Part shown: piece after piece, positions 1-9,829 of the stretch | Layout: the number at the start of each line of letters is the position of its first letter | How positions within the stretch are numbered: the stretch's first letter is position 1 | Origin: Hadesarchaea archaeon | Lineage (GTDB): Archaea > Hadarchaeota > Hadarchaeia > Hadarchaeales > WYZ-LMO6 | Assembly: GCA_029259185.1 (NCBI GenBank) | Contig: JAPDJF010000024.1 | Coordinates: forward strand, 1-41,151 | Reading direction: 5' to 3' | DNA: 41,151 nt | Made by a program: the position numbers and the translations under genes | Notes under the pieces: generated by a model | Told to the model about the DNA's origin: nothing | The model's database searches: none | Seen by the model: only the letters and a program-made list of their open reading frames with translations

Positions 1-10
1 GGAGATCAGG

Positions 11-703
11 GTGAGGAAATTCAAGTTTGGAGACGAAGAAACGAGTGGGGAGGGAACGGACTTCACCTTGACGCTTCAAGCCGATAACATCATGGCCAAA
101 CTAACGGTGAGTGGGGGGTGGGTGGAGGTGGGATACAGGATAGAGCTGTGGGACATCTGGCCTCGATGGGATACTGAAACCTCACCCGGTGTTGACAATT
201 CTTTTGAGGTTGTGGTGGTCAGGCGCTCGGCTGTCATGAGATACGGGAAGAGTGTGGCCGAATCCGCGAGAATAGGGGTGGGGAGATCTGGACTCGTGAC
301 CGACAACTTGTGGTTCGAGATACCGATAGGGGGGCTCGACGCTTTTGATTGGTTCCTCCTAGTAAGAACTGGATCGGGTGAAGAGAGGAGAGAGTCTGCT
401 GAAATCTTTGTGAACCGGGAAGTGCGAGATGTCTATGACTACAAATTCGTATCGAGACCCGATGAACTCGAAGCCATATTCCCGGAGAAGCATGGGGGGA
501 TAGAGAACGATTTGCCAGATCCGCCGAGGACCGGTGAGATTCACGAGGGATCCAATTATCTGAAGATCAAAGTCACATCCGGGAATGCACAGGCTTGGAT
601 CAAGGTATACGTCGTCGCTCTCCCCAAGTGCTCTGATTGGAGATTAACCAGCGGGGTCTCTTATGTGTTCCCGGTCACCATGGAGATAAAGCTCTGGAGG
701 TGA
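11..703 (+). CDS. Pilus-locus hypothetical protein, probably 5'-truncated by the window edge
   Basis: Frame is open back to the window start; beta-rich; ends in ...EIKLWR, like the ...TLYVWR near the end of the next pilin-like gene; tightly linked to pilin-like genes. Confidence 0.55.
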   Translation: MRKFKFGDEETSGEGTDFTLTLQADNIMAKLTVSGGWVEVGYRIELWDIWPRWDTETSPGVDNSFEVVVVRRSAVMRYGKSVAESARIGVGRSGLVTDNLWFEIPIGGLDAFDWFLLVRTGSGEERRESAEIFVNREVRDVYDYKFVSRPDELEAIFPEKHGGIENDLPDPPRTGEIHEGSNYLKIKVTSGNAQAWIKVYVVALPKCSDWRLTSGVSYVFPVTMEIKLWR

Positions 704-713
704 TTCCCTGAGC

Positions 714-1181
714 TTGAGAACGGATCGAAAGGGATTCGTCTTCACCCTCGATGCCACTTTTGCCGTGCTCGTGGTGCTTGTGCTCATCACCGGAATCATC
801 CGAGCCCAAGGGCCTTTCTACGGACACGACTACCTGCGCCTGCAAAGGTATGCCAGCGATGCACTCGAGGTGATGCGGCTGACGGGGGCTATCGACAACA
901 TTTTAGATTTGCTCGAGAACGATGAAGCGGAAGCCGCCAAGATCCTAGCGATGGGAGAACTCCGAGAAGTCATGCCGTCTGAGGTGAAGTTCAGGCTCTC
1001 CATCGGGGACAACCTTCTGACCGTTTACCCGGATCACACGGATCCGGAGCGGTGGGCGACCGAATTCGAGAATGTGGCGCAGAGGGCGGTGGCAGTCAGG
1101 GTATCGATCTATTGGGAGAACCAAGAGAGATGGGAGTTCATGCCGATAACACTTTACGTCTGGCGGGAGGGAGTCGGCTGA
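714..1181 (+). CDS. Minor pilin-like protein with class III signal peptide
   Basis: N-terminus MRTDRKG/FVFTLDATFAVLVVLVLI: basic leader, KG|F cleavage site, hydrophobic helix; TTG start. Confidence 0.75.
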   Translation: MRTDRKGFVFTLDATFAVLVVLVLITGIIRAQGPFYGHDYLRLQRYASDALEVMRLTGAIDNILDLLENDEAEAAKILAMGELREVMPSEVKFRLSIGDNLLTVYPDHTDPERWATEFENVAQRAVAVRVSIYWENQERWEFMPITLYVWREGVG

Positions 1182-1552
1182 AGTCGGTGGGGAGAACAGA
1201 AAGCGGATTCGTCCTAAGTGGGATCGCGTTGCTCCTGACACTGCCCGCGATGCTCATGGTGGCTTCTCTTCTCGTGATAACCGAAATCGGAAGTGAAACG
1301 ACATCTCTCCAGACATTGGTCGATAAGGTTACCTCCGCGGGTCACGACATCGAACGGATAATAAGCCGTATGGAAAACCAAGATATTCAGATCACCCCCA
1401 AAACGCTCGCCGAACTGGCCGATAACTATCGTGCTACCACGGGGCTCTTGGTAGAGATCGTCCTAAGCGATGAGAACCTCATATCGATCAGCATCGAGGA
1501 TCCCGGGGGAGTCGCGAGGTACTCATCCGTGATGCGGATCGGTGGAGAATAG
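1178..1552 (+). CDS. Minor pilin-like protein with class III signal peptide (start CTG 1178 or GTG 1187)
   Basis: RTESG/FVLSGIALLLTLPAML prepilin-like segment; GGAGG at 1166-1170; the ORF-track start at 1052 overlaps the previous gene and is unlikely. Confidence 0.65.
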   Translation: MKSVGRTESGFVLSGIALLLTLPAMLMVASLLVITEIGSETTSLQTLVDKVTSAGHDIERIISRMENQDIQITPKTLAELADNYRATTGLLVEIVLSDENLISISIEDPGGVARYSSVMRIGGE

Positions 1553-1559
1553 CGATAAT

Positions 1560-2312
1560 ATGTCAAACCGGAGCTCGAAGATCGTGGATGCGTTTCGCAG
1601 GGTAGGAGAGGGGGTAATGCGAATCGGGGAAGTCTTGCAGGATTTGAGACAGAGAGGCAAGCGTGGGAGAAAGCCCCCCAGAAGGCCAGAGATCCCGAAG
1701 CCGCTCCAAGCTTTTTTCAGGAGGCATCGCGCGGGCTGGCCCGAGTACGTCATCCTGAAGATTCAATTGGTAATCCTGATCCTCTTCGGGGGCACGGTAA
1801 TTCACCTTGTGCTATTCCCCGGGAGAGGGGCGATGTTCGTTCCGATCCTTCTCATCCTGAGCGCGTACGCGATCTACTTGACCTCCAAAGAACTAAAACC
1901 AGCGTTCGGACGGGATTACCCAGCATACCGGAGCTTTACCTCGATCTGCGTGGGGATCGCCTGGATCTTCATACTTGCCTTCAAATACTTACCCCCCATC
2001 GCGCCTGAATCGATCCACCTGATCGTGATCCGCTCACTCGGTGTGCTGGGTTTGGTGCTCTCGCTCTTCCTCGTGTTCAGAATGAAATACGGCCGAAACT
2101 ACACCTATGGCTGGGTGGAAAAATCTAGTGGCAAAAGTGCGATTGTCAGAGTCGGATACGACATCCGTAGCAACGTGAGATCGGGTACGTACCTTGTCGA
2201 GAATTTGGCCGGGGCGAAGGCGGGCGACCGGGTGAAGCTCATCGTGGAAAGACCGATGTTCGGACTGAGGGGATCCAAGGTCAGAGCTATCTCGGAGAAG
2301 CTCAAACGCTGA
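1560..2312 (+). CDS. DUF2101-like membrane protein of archaeal type IV pilus loci
   Basis: About four TM helices followed by KYGRNYTYGWV...VRVGYDIRSNV beta-rich C-terminal domain; pilus-locus context; ATG 1560 (alternative GTG 1542). Confidence 0.7.
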   Translation: MSNRSSKIVDAFRRVGEGVMRIGEVLQDLRQRGKRGRKPPRRPEIPKPLQAFFRRHRAGWPEYVILKIQLVILILFGGTVIHLVLFPGRGAMFVPILLILSAYAIYLTSKELKPAFGRDYPAYRSFTSICVGIAWIFILAFKYLPPIAPESIHLIVIRSLGVLGLVLSLFLVFRMKYGRNYTYGWVEKSSGKSAIVRVGYDIRSNVRSGTYLVENLAGAKAGDRVKLIVERPMFGLRGSKVRAISEKLKR

Positions 2313-2320
2313 TAACGAGT

Positions 2321-2554
2321 TTAAGGTGCGACCAAGAGGTTTATAACCTCCTCCCGCAGGTTCTCTATTTCACCCGTGACGCTCGAACCTAATGTCTTAG
2401 AAGTGAGGGCTATCGTCGCCATCACCCCCGCCACCAACGACAGGACAGCTCCGAGCATCAACATGTACTCCACCGCCCCCTGCGATCTCGTCTCCCGGCC
2501 CAGGCTACTCCTCTTGAGACACCTAAAAGGATTCAAACTTCTCCCAATGATCAT
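2321..2554 (-). CDS. Short type IV pilin (class III signal peptide, QxxxE type)
   Basis: RSQG/AVEYMLMLGAVLSLV motif; exact start uncertain. Confidence 0.75.
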   Translation of the reverse strand: MIIGRSLNPFRCLKRSSLGRETRSQGAVEYMLMLGAVLSLVAGVMATIALTSKTLGSSVTGEIENLREEVINLLVAP

Positions 2555-2610
2555 TCGGAGGAGGATTTATATCTTTGTTCGAGGAGCGAACGCCGGCTCA
2601 CTTGAACATC

Positions 2611-2622
2611 AAAAATAAAAAA
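2611..2622 (-). terminator. U-rich archaeal terminator after the major pilin candidate
   Basis: Minus strand reads TTTTTTATTTTT about 30 nt after the stop at 2650. Confidence 0.5.
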
Positions 2623-2649
2623 GATAGGCTTCTAAGCTCCCAGCGACCC

Positions 2650-3057
2650 CTAGGCCTTCTTCACTATTCTGAACTCGTAGACGTGTCCGGAGGGTTCGTG
2701 TTTTATCTTTATCGTGTCATCCTCACCTAGGTTACCCGCATCGACTTGTGCTTTCGCAGCCTCCAGCGTTATTTCCTCTCCGGGTGCTATATCGGATGGC
2801 CCATCCGTCCACTCCACCACCCGGGTTCCGCCCGCATATGCAGCGTACTGCCAGTCCTCCGCCTTTATGGTTCCAGATGGTGACTGCACCTTGAGCACTA
2901 TATTATTGTCCGCTTGGAGTTCGGCCGTAGCTGTAAGAGTGGGCGCACCTCCCGTCCGGGATATGTAGTAAACCGCACCAGCAACCACGATGAGCACCGC
3001 TGCGAGTATCAAGAGATATTCTACCGCTCCTTGTCCCTTCCGTTTATCCATCTTCAT
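2650..3057 (-). CDS. Type IV pilin, major pilin candidate
   Basis: MDKRKGQG/AVEYLLILAAVLIVV class III signal with QxxxE motif, followed by a beta-rich globular domain; has its own promoter and terminator. Confidence 0.85.
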   Translation of the reverse strand: MKMDKRKGQGAVEYLLILAAVLIVVAGAVYYISRTGGAPTLTATAELQADNNIVLKVQSPSGTIKAEDWQYAAYAGGTRVVEWTDGPSDIAPGEEITLEAAKAQVDAGNLGEDDTIKIKHEPSGHVYEFRIVKKA

Positions 3058-3078
3058 CAAAAAACGTGAGAGAAGGAG

Positions 3079-3087
3079 TATATAAAA
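3079..3087 (-). promoter_or_regulatory. TATA box for the pilin gene (probably leaderless mRNA)
   Basis: TTTTATATA on the minus strand about 22-30 nt upstream of ATG 3057/3051. Confidence 0.5.
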
Positions 3088-3136
3088 GATACCGACGGAT
3101 TCGCTCGTTGATTTAAAACGGATAAAAGCCCAAAAG

Positions 3137-3859
3137 TTGTTAATGGCCTATCCGGTCTCGTTCGCTTCTGGCAAGGGGGGAACTGGCAAAACGACCGTAG
3201 TAGCCAACTTGGGAGCCGGTATCGCCAAGCTGGGGAAAGATGTCATAGTTCTGGATGCCGATGTCACGATGGCCGACCTAGGCTTGGTATTCAATCTGGA
3301 TGAGAGATTCTCCCTCCATGAGGTTCTGGCCGGAAAGCGCAAGCCAAGCGATGCCATCTACGATGTGGGGGACGGTCTGAAAGTCCTTCAGGGTGCGCTA
3401 TCTCTAAAGGAAATCCAGAAGATCAGACTCGATCGCTTGAAATGGGTGGTGAGGGAGCTGACGAGAAAAACCGAGTACCTGCTGGTGGACTGTCCCTCCG
3501 GATTCGAGCGTGACTTCGTGACGGCTCTGGGTTCGACCACCCATCTCGTACTGGTGGTGAATCCCGACTTCCCGTCCCTCCTGGAAGCCATGAAAGTCAA
3601 ACGGGTTGCGGAACGCCTCCACATTCGTCCCGTGGGAGTGGTGGTCAACCGCACGCTGGGGAAGGGAATCGATATCCCACCGAACGAAATCGAGTCCATC
3701 CTAGAACTCCCAATCATGGGTTCCATACCCGAGGATATTGAGGTAAAACGTGCGTTAGCGATGGGAACTCTTGTGATCCTCCATCGTCCTAAATCTCCAG
3801 CCGCCAAAGCCTTCGAGAGGCTAGCTAGGTCTTTCGTCAAAAAATTCAAGGCCCTCTAG
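3137..3859 (+). CDS. minD: MinD/ParA-family ATPase (likely start ATG 3143)
   Basis: Deviant Walker A SGKGGTGKTT, DAD motif, LVDCP, VVVNR, IPED; typical archaeal MinD. Confidence 0.9.
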   Translation: MLMAYPVSFASGKGGTGKTTVVANLGAGIAKLGKDVIVLDADVTMADLGLVFNLDERFSLHEVLAGKRKPSDAIYDVGDGLKVLQGALSLKEIQKIRLDRLKWVVRELTRKTEYLLVDCPSGFERDFVTALGSTTHLVLVVNPDFPSLLEAMKVKRVAERLHIRPVGVVVNRTLGKGIDIPPNEIESILELPIMGSIPEDIEVKRALAMGTLVILHRPKSPAAKAFERLARSFVKKFKAL

Positions 3860-3917
3860 CCTCCCTCCGAGCGTGCAACTTTATAAATTTCCCGTACGAG
3901 ATCTTCTCAGAAGGTTT

Positions 3918-4295
3918 ATGCCGAAGAGATCCAAGCGTGTCTCGAATATTCAACGCCAGCTGGAGATAACCCAAAGGGAACTCCGTCACCTCTCAGACTT
4001 CGAATGGAGTTACACGAAACGTTTGTGGAGATTCAGCTTCGCCTCTTGGATTTTCGGAATATCCTGTTTCTTCTTCACCGTTGTCCTATATGACCCATCC
4101 CTGATATCCGAGGTTCCGCTAGCATATCCGATCCTGATACTCGCTATCGCCGCGCCGCTCGTGATAGTCTTGCTCCTCATAGGAAGACTGGATCGAAAGG
4201 TAAGGAACTTGGAGCGAAATAGGAGGATACTGTTAGCCCGGTATGAAAAAGCACTCATCGACCACGCGAGTGAACTCATGGAGGAGGAGCACTAA
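3918..4295 (+). CDS. Small two-TM membrane protein with coiled-coil termini
   Basis: Two hydrophobic segments flanked by charged helical stretches; ATG 3918 preferred over GTG 3873; stop overlaps the convergent MinD stop. Confidence 0.65.
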   Translation: MPKRSKRVSNIQRQLEITQRELRHLSDFEWSYTKRLWRFSFASWIFGISCFFFTVVLYDPSLISEVPLAYPILILAIAAPLVIVLLLIGRLDRKVRNLERNRRILLARYEKALIDHASELMEEEH

Positions 4296-4999
4296 CCGGA
4301 TTTCACCAGTTTTTCGGCTAGCTTCATTATCGCCTTTGAGGCTGAGGACTTCGGATAAGCTTCAAGCACCGGTTCGCCCTTCCTCCAGGCTTTTCTCACA
4401 TTGATGTCCTCGGGTATCTCTCCAAGCAACGGGAGATTCAACAGACGTTTCACCTCGGCACTGGGGAACTCGAATTCCTCCCCCAGCACCCTGTTCACGA
4501 TTATCCCAGTAGGTGTGAAGCCCAAGAACTCCGCCATCACCCTGGTCCTCATCATGTTCGAAATCGAAGTGGTTTCTGGGAGGGTAACCAACACCACCTC
4601 TTCACCGGCTCGGAGTGCTGCCACCGTTTCCTTCCTGAGCCCACCGGGAGCGTCTATGATGAGAAAATCTACTCTGGCATCCAAGGTACTCAGTACGTGG
4701 GGGAGCTTGAAGGGATTCACTTTTTTCGCATGCTCAAGAACGACGCTGGCGGGTGCAATCCGGAGCCCATGGGGCCCCGAGTAAATCGCATCGCTCAGGG
4801 GGATCTCACCCGCGAGCACATCGTTTAGGGTATAGGGTACTTTTTCGAGCTTGAAGAGGGGGCCCAAGTTGGGGGTCGTTAAACTGGCATCGACTAACAC
4901 CGTGGATTTCCCCATCTTGGCGAGCGCGATACCCACGTTCGCCACCAAGGTAGTACGCCCCACCCCCCCCTTGCCCGAAGCCAAAACGATTCGACGCAT
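4292..4999 (-). CDS. Second MinD/ParA-family ATPase with Walker A Lys-to-Arg change
   Basis: SGKGGVGRTT, IIDAPGG, IIVNR, IPED. Confidence 0.88.
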   Translation of the reverse strand: MRRIVLASGKGGVGRTTLVANVGIALAKMGKSTVLVDASLTTPNLGPLFKLEKVPYTLNDVLAGEIPLSDAIYSGPHGLRIAPASVVLEHAKKVNPFKLPHVLSTLDARVDFLIIDAPGGLRKETVAALRAGEEVVLVTLPETTSISNMMRTRVMAEFLGFTPTGIIVNRVLGEEFEFPSAEVKRLLNLPLLGEIPEDINVRKAWRKGEPVLEAYPKSSASKAIMKLAEKLVKSG

Positions 5000-5036
5000 T
5001 TAATAGTTTTGTATTCACGTGTATTTTTACCCGCCG

Positions 5037-5216
5037 TGCTTTGCACAAAAATATCGCAAAACCTAAAAATGGGTTCCAGCGAGGATCAGGCGCATCTTAC
5101 ACCCGATGCCCCACCACCGACTGTCGAGGTGCATCGAGTACAAAGGCTCTCTTGGAGGGGATCCCGAGCCTCCAAGCACAAAAATTGGTCTCAGGGGCTA
5201 ATTTTTGTGCAAAGCC
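5037..5216. mobile_element. MITE with IS5 (IS903-group)-like terminal inverted repeats and 9-bp target duplication
   Basis: Perfect 15-bp TIR GCTTTGCACAAAAAT (5038-5052) / ATTTTTGTGCAAAGC (5201-5215); flanks TACCCGCCG (5028-5036) and TCCCCGCCG (5217-5225); related copy near 22757-22902. Confidence 0.85.
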
Positions 5217-5253
5217 TCCCCGCCGATAGAATTTAAATCTCCCCTTCTAGAGT

Positions 5254-6357
5254 ATGAGGATGGCCAGAAAACAAAAATCTGTGGACGTACGTGCCTTACT
5301 CGGGGCAGCCGTTGTTTTCGCTCTAATAGGGATTGCGATCTTCAGCGCGTATTTCTTCCTCGTTCTCCGACCCGCCGCAGAAGAACTTCAGAGGGCGAAG
5401 GAATCCGCACTGAATGAAATCAAGGCCACCTTAGGAGAGATAAACACCGACCAGGCCCAAGCAGCGGCCTCCGATTACACGTCACGAATCATGGCGGCGG
5501 GATCCAAGAGCGAGGTGTCCTCCATAATGGTCGAAGTCACGAAAACAACCCAACTTGAGCGGGAACGCGAAAGGCTCTTAAATAAAATCCAGATGGCCAC
5601 CACGGGAACGTATCACTCAACCGCAGACGTGCCTCTACTGGCTTCGCTGGCCGAGAACCTCAACGCCGAAATAAACTCCAAAAGCACTCTGAGCGAGCTA
5701 AAGCGAATGGATGGGGTGATAGACAACGAAGCCACCTCCGTCTGGCGGACTTACTTCATGAACCTGCTCTCGAGAATAGAGAACGACACTGTGATAATGA
5801 AACATAATTCACCCACCAGCTGGATTTATCTCCCGAAAGACAATGCACTTGAGACCGTACTGGCTTCTGACTGGCAAACCCTACGTGAATTGCACTTCGA
5901 AGGTACAGAGGAACTGAAAGTGCCGATCATCGACACGCTTCAAAGGTCCCCTCTTGTCCTCCCCGGGTCTACAGTGAATGTGTACGTGTACGATCTCTCA
6001 ACGAATGATATGAGCATGCTCGTTGGGAACGCAGAAGTATCAGAGATCTTCTGTTCCGACGAAGAACTGAGAACCATTAATTGGGCCCAAACTATCGACC
6101 AGACCAGTTACACCTATAGCACGGACATCTGGGAGACGATCAAAGCCGCCGCCGCTGGCTCCTCTCAAGCTGCCAGCGTGTACCTTCAGGATTACATCAC
6201 GAATGTGCTGAAGAGGCTCCAGCAGAGCGGAGTGGGGAACTGCGAGATATCCATGATATACGTGATCAAGGTTCCGAGGGAAGCCGGTGAACTCATCCTT
6301 CAATACGAGTTCTATCAAGCTTCGAGCAAAGACATCGTCCTAGCTTCTGTGGTCTAA
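5254..6357 (+). CDS. DUF515-like membrane-anchored protein of archaeal pilus loci
   Basis: N-terminal TM helix, long coiled/helical region, TYSTDIWETIKAAAAG segment; directly upstream of the pilus ATPase. Confidence 0.65.
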   Translation: MRMARKQKSVDVRALLGAAVVFALIGIAIFSAYFFLVLRPAAEELQRAKESALNEIKATLGEINTDQAQAAASDYTSRIMAAGSKSEVSSIMVEVTKTTQLERERERLLNKIQMATTGTYHSTADVPLLASLAENLNAEINSKSTLSELKRMDGVIDNEATSVWRTYFMNLLSRIENDTVIMKHNSPTSWIYLPKDNALETVLASDWQTLRELHFEGTEELKVPIIDTLQRSPLVLPGSTVNVYVYDLSTNDMSMLVGNAEVSEIFCSDEELRTINWAQTIDQTSYTYSTDIWETIKAAAAGSSQAASVYLQDYITNVLKRLQQSGVGNCEISMIYVIKVPREAGELILQYEFYQASSKDIVLASVV

Positions 6358-6395
6358 TCTCTCCCATCTTTTATTTCTAGGATTCCAAATTTAAT

Positions 6396-8711
6396 ATGGG
6401 AAGAGCCGTGGGGAAGAAAAAGAGGGAAGTTACCGGTGAGAGAAAGGATGTGAAGAGGATCCTGAAAGTCAAAGCTGAACTCTCTGGAAATGCTGAAGGA
6501 TTCCTCTCCGAAATACTGGGAGACGTCCCACCCGAGGTATCCACACGTGGTAAGGGAGTCGAACCCAGCGAAGAGGTATCCAAGGAAGGTGGAGAAGCTA
6601 CTGTATCAGCGGTGACCGCTCAGGTTCTGTTCGCGCCCAGTCCAGAGGGTGAGGTAGAAGTTGAAAGGGTGCTCGACCAGTACAGCATGACTCAGATCGT
6701 GAAAATCCGTGGAGGAGCGTTGCCATTATACAGGGTCAAAATGCCCGAGCTGACGGACGAAGAGAAGGAAATCCTCACCAAATGCAAGAAGAGGGCCGTC
6801 GAGGAGATCAAGATAGACCCCCAGAGTATTCCAGACCCCGCCGAAAGACGAAGGATATTCATGCAGGAGCTCGTGAAAATAGTGGAGCGGGAGACGAGGG
6901 GGATGCGTCTTCCCCAAGGTCGCATAAAAGAACTCTCCGACGCGGCCTTTCATGACATGATAGGCTACGGTCCGCTTGACTCCCTGATAGCAGACGACAA
7001 GCTTGAAGATATCTTGGTGATAGGGGTGAACAAACCCGTGTACGTCTACCACAGCAAATATGGCATGTGCGTTACCAACATCTCTTTCAAGAATGAAGAT
7101 ACAATCAGGTACTTCATCGATAAAATGGCTAGATTGGTGGGTCGGAGGATCGACCATCAAATGCCCCTGCTCGATGCTAGGTTACCCGACGGGAGTAGGA
7201 TAAACGCTACCATATCCCCCGTATCGCTCGATGGTCCCACCTTATCGATAAGGAAATTCAGAAAAGACCCTCTGACGATAATAGACCTCCTGAACCTGAA
7301 CACCCTATCAACCGATATCGCGGCTTTCCTTTGGCTGATAGTGCATGGCTTGGACGTCAAGCCCGCCAACATTCTGTTTTCGGGTGGTACGGGAAGTGGG
7401 AAAACCACGATGCTGAATTCCGCGACCACCTTCGTACCCGCGTACGAGCGCATAATATCCATCGAGGACACTGCGGAGCTCCAGCTTCCTCACCAACACT
7501 GGATAAGACTCGAAACACGCCCACCGAACATCGAAGGGAAGGGAGAGATAACAATGGACGACTTGGTAAAGAACGCTCTCCGCATGCGACCGGATCGGAT
7601 AGTGGTGGGTGAGGTTCGCGGATCGGAGGCCAGGACCATGTTCACGGCGATGAACACCGGACACGACGGGGCGGTGGGGGGCGAGACTTCGGTCCTGCTG
7701 GCAGGGGGGGAATGGGAGCCGATGGGGGATCTCTGCGAAAAGTTCTTTGACGGGTGTGCGGAAACTTACCCCAACGGTATGGAATACGTAAGGGTCCCGC
7801 CCAAGTATCTGTTCAACGTGATCTCTTTCGACGAAAAGTTGAATCCTCATGCCAATCCCGTACAGAGGGTGTGGCGGAGGAAGATCGGCCCCGGAGAAAG
7901 ACTCCTCAAGATACGCGTGCGCTCGGGCAAAGAGATCACCCTAACCGAGGATCACCCTGTGTTCATCCTAGCGGGGAACGATGTACGCAGGAAAGAAGCC
8001 GGGAGGGTAACACCGGGAGATCGAATAATGACTACCGCCCCCACCCTCCCGGTTCCGGGCGTGCGGGAGATCGATGCTCGGAAGTTCGAATCAACGAGCC
8101 CCCGCCTTCTCGCTAGCCCCGGTGTGGGTTGGGAGGAAGTAACGGGAATAGAGAGGGAAGAGAGCTCTGGATACGTGTACGATCTAACGGTGGAGAGAAA
8201 CCATAATTACGTGGCAAACGGTTTCGTGGTCTCCAATTGCATGGGAACCCTGCATGCCAATAGTGCCGTCGAGACCATCGCCCGACTGACGGAGGCTCCT
8301 ATGAGTGTGCCCCCGATAATGATCCCCGCCCTCGATGTGATCGTGATGTTGCAGAGAATATACCACAGGCAGAAGGGACACATCCGGAGGATAACAGAGA
8401 TCGCCGAGGTGACGGGCTTAGAAGGTGGGAAACCTCAGCTCAGCAGGATATTCAAATGGAATCCGAGAACGGATACGGTAGAACCCACGGGAGTCCCGAT
8501 AAAGCTCAAACATTCTCTCTCCGAGCTCAGTGGGAGAAGCGGGACGGAGATAGAAATAGAACTGAAAAGACGTGCAGCCGTGCTCGAGTGGATGAAGCGG
8601 AAAGGTGTGAGAAATGTTTTCGATGTGGGCGCTGTGATCCAAGAGTACTACCAGAATCCGGACAAGGTTCTAAAACGTGTCAAAGAGGAAGTTCGATTGA
8701 AAACCAGGTGA
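6396..8711 (+). CDS. klbA: Type IV pilus/secretion ATPase (KlbA/TadA/CpaF, VirB11 family), intein-containing
   Basis: Walker [33 protein letters not shown], and MNTGHDG|CMGTLHA split by an intein. Confidence 0.93.
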   Translation: MGRAVGKKKREVTGERKDVKRILKVKAELSGNAEGFLSEILGDVPPEVSTRGKGVEPSEEVSKEGGEATVSAVTAQVLFAPSPEGEVEVERVLDQYSMTQIVKIRGGALPLYRVKMPELTDEEKEILTKCKKRAVEEIKIDPQSIPDPAERRRIFMQELVKIVERETRGMRLPQGRIKELSDAAFHDMIGYGPLDSLIADDKLEDILVIGVNKPVYVYHSKYGMCVTNISFKNEDTIRYFIDKMARLVGRRIDHQMPLLDARLPDGSRINATISPVSLDGPTLSIRKFRKDPLTIIDLLNLNTLSTDIAAFLWLIVHGLDVKPANILFSGGTGSGKTTMLNSATTFVPAYERIISIEDTAELQLPHQHWIRLETRPPNIEGKGEITMDDLVKNALRMRPDRIVVGEVRGSEARTMFTAMNTGHDGAVGGETSVLLAGGEWEPMGDLCEKFFDGCAETYPNGMEYVRVPPKYLFNVISFDEKLNPHANPVQRVWRRKIGPGERLLKIRVRSGKEITLTEDHPVFILAGNDVRRKEAGRVTPGDRIMTTAPTLPVPGVREIDARKFESTSPRLLASPGVGWEEVTGIEREESSGYVYDLTVERNHNYVANGFVVSNCMGTLHANSAVETIARLTEAPMSVPPIMIPALDVIVMLQRIYHRQKGHIRRITEIAEVTGLEGGKPQLSRIFKWNPRTDTVEPTGVPIKLKHSLSELSGRSGTEIEIELKRRAAVLEWMKRKGVRNVFDVGAVIQEYYQNPDKVLKRVKEEVRLKTR
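7671..8237 (+). other. Mini-intein (189 aa), Ala1 class 2 / KlbA type
   Basis: Interrupts GHDG|CMGT; starts AVGGET, block B TLTEDHP, block F YVYDLTV, ends GFVVSN before Cys+1; no homing-endonuclease domain. Confidence 0.93.
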
Positions 8712-8720
8712 GGAGAAAGA

Positions 8721-9827
8721 ATGGGTAAAAAGAAAGGGAGGGGGCTCACCTACTTCTTCGCCCGAGTTGGTGAAGGTGTGATAAGAACTGGAGAGGCCAC
8801 GAGCCAGCTCAGTAAAGCCGTGAAGAAGATCCAACCGAAGGAGAAAAGCGACGAGATCACCCGGAGGTTGAGGGAGCTCAAGGAGCTAGAGATGCTACGC
8901 AGGGAAGAATTAAGGGAAGGACTGAGGCTGAGGGAGGAAAAGAGGATGAGGGGAAAGATAGAGGCCCTCAGGCGGGAGGAGCTTAAGAGACCCCTCTCCG
9001 AACGCCTCTCGGAGACCCTCTACGTACCGTTCAGACGGCCCGCCGAAAAACTGATGAGACTCTTCAAAGGGATAGATGAGGATCTTTACAGGGCAAATAT
9101 ACCACTTCCCCCCGACCGCTATGTAGCGGTGGTAACCGGAGCGAGTGTGATGGTTGGGGCCACCTCAATCCTCATCGGCATGCTCTTGTTCCCCCCCATC
9201 CTAGCTTTGGCGATTGGCTTCGGGGGCTCGGTGTTCGCCCTCCTGTTGGGAAGAAGCTATCCCAGCAGGCGCGTGAAGGCCAGGTCGATCGAAACCAACA
9301 AAGAAATTCCATACGTGCTCCGACACATGGCTACCCACCTGTCCTCAGGTATAGGTCTCCCAGAGAGCATGACCTCCATAAGTAAAGCAGACTATGGAGT
9401 GCTTTCGGAAGAGTTCGGGAGGGTGATCAGGGACATGCGGAGTGGGATGAGCATGGACGAGGCGCTAGCGGCATTATCCAAAAGGATGGACTCCGAACCC
9501 CTGCGTCGCTTCGTCCGACAGGTCCAGCGAACGCTACGCACCGGAGGGGACCTCGCGGACATCCTGAATTCCCTAGCCGAAGAAACTTCCTTCGAAATGC
9601 GTATGAAGCTGAGAGACTACACCCAATCACTCAACATGCTCACCATGATGTACATGTTCGCCTCCTCAGTCGTTCCCGCTCTCCTCATAATAATGACCGC
9701 CGTGTCGAGCGGAATGGGTGGTGCCACCCTCACCACTGGAACGGGGGCCGTTCTCTTGCTCCTTATGGTTCCGCTCCTTTTGGTGATTTTCCTCATCACT
9801 GTCAAAAGGTTCGAGCCGAGGGTATAG
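8721..9827 (+). CDS. TadB/TadC (type II secretion F domain) pilus platform protein
   Basis: EIPYVLRHMATHLSSGIGLPES...YGVLSEEF...TGGDLADIL and TM helices; follows the ATPase. Confidence 0.88.
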   Translation: MGKKKGRGLTYFFARVGEGVIRTGEATSQLSKAVKKIQPKEKSDEITRRLRELKELEMLRREELREGLRLREEKRMRGKIEALRREELKRPLSERLSETLYVPFRRPAEKLMRLFKGIDEDLYRANIPLPPDRYVAVVTGASVMVGATSILIGMLLFPPILALAIGFGGSVFALLLGRSYPSRRVKARSIETNKEIPYVLRHMATHLSSGIGLPESMTSISKADYGVLSEEFGRVIRDMRSGMSMDEALAALSKRMDSEPLRRFVRQVQRTLRTGGDLADILNSLAEETSFEMRMKLRDYTQSLNMLTMMYMFASSVVPALLIIMTAVSSGMGGATLTTGTGAVLLLLMVPLLLVIFLITVKRFEPRV

Positions 9828-9829
9828 GG

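Noticed and set aside
1052-1177. N-terminal extension of the ORF-track 1052-1552 protein
   Set aside because: Overlaps the preceding gene; the prepilin signal implies a start near 1178-1187
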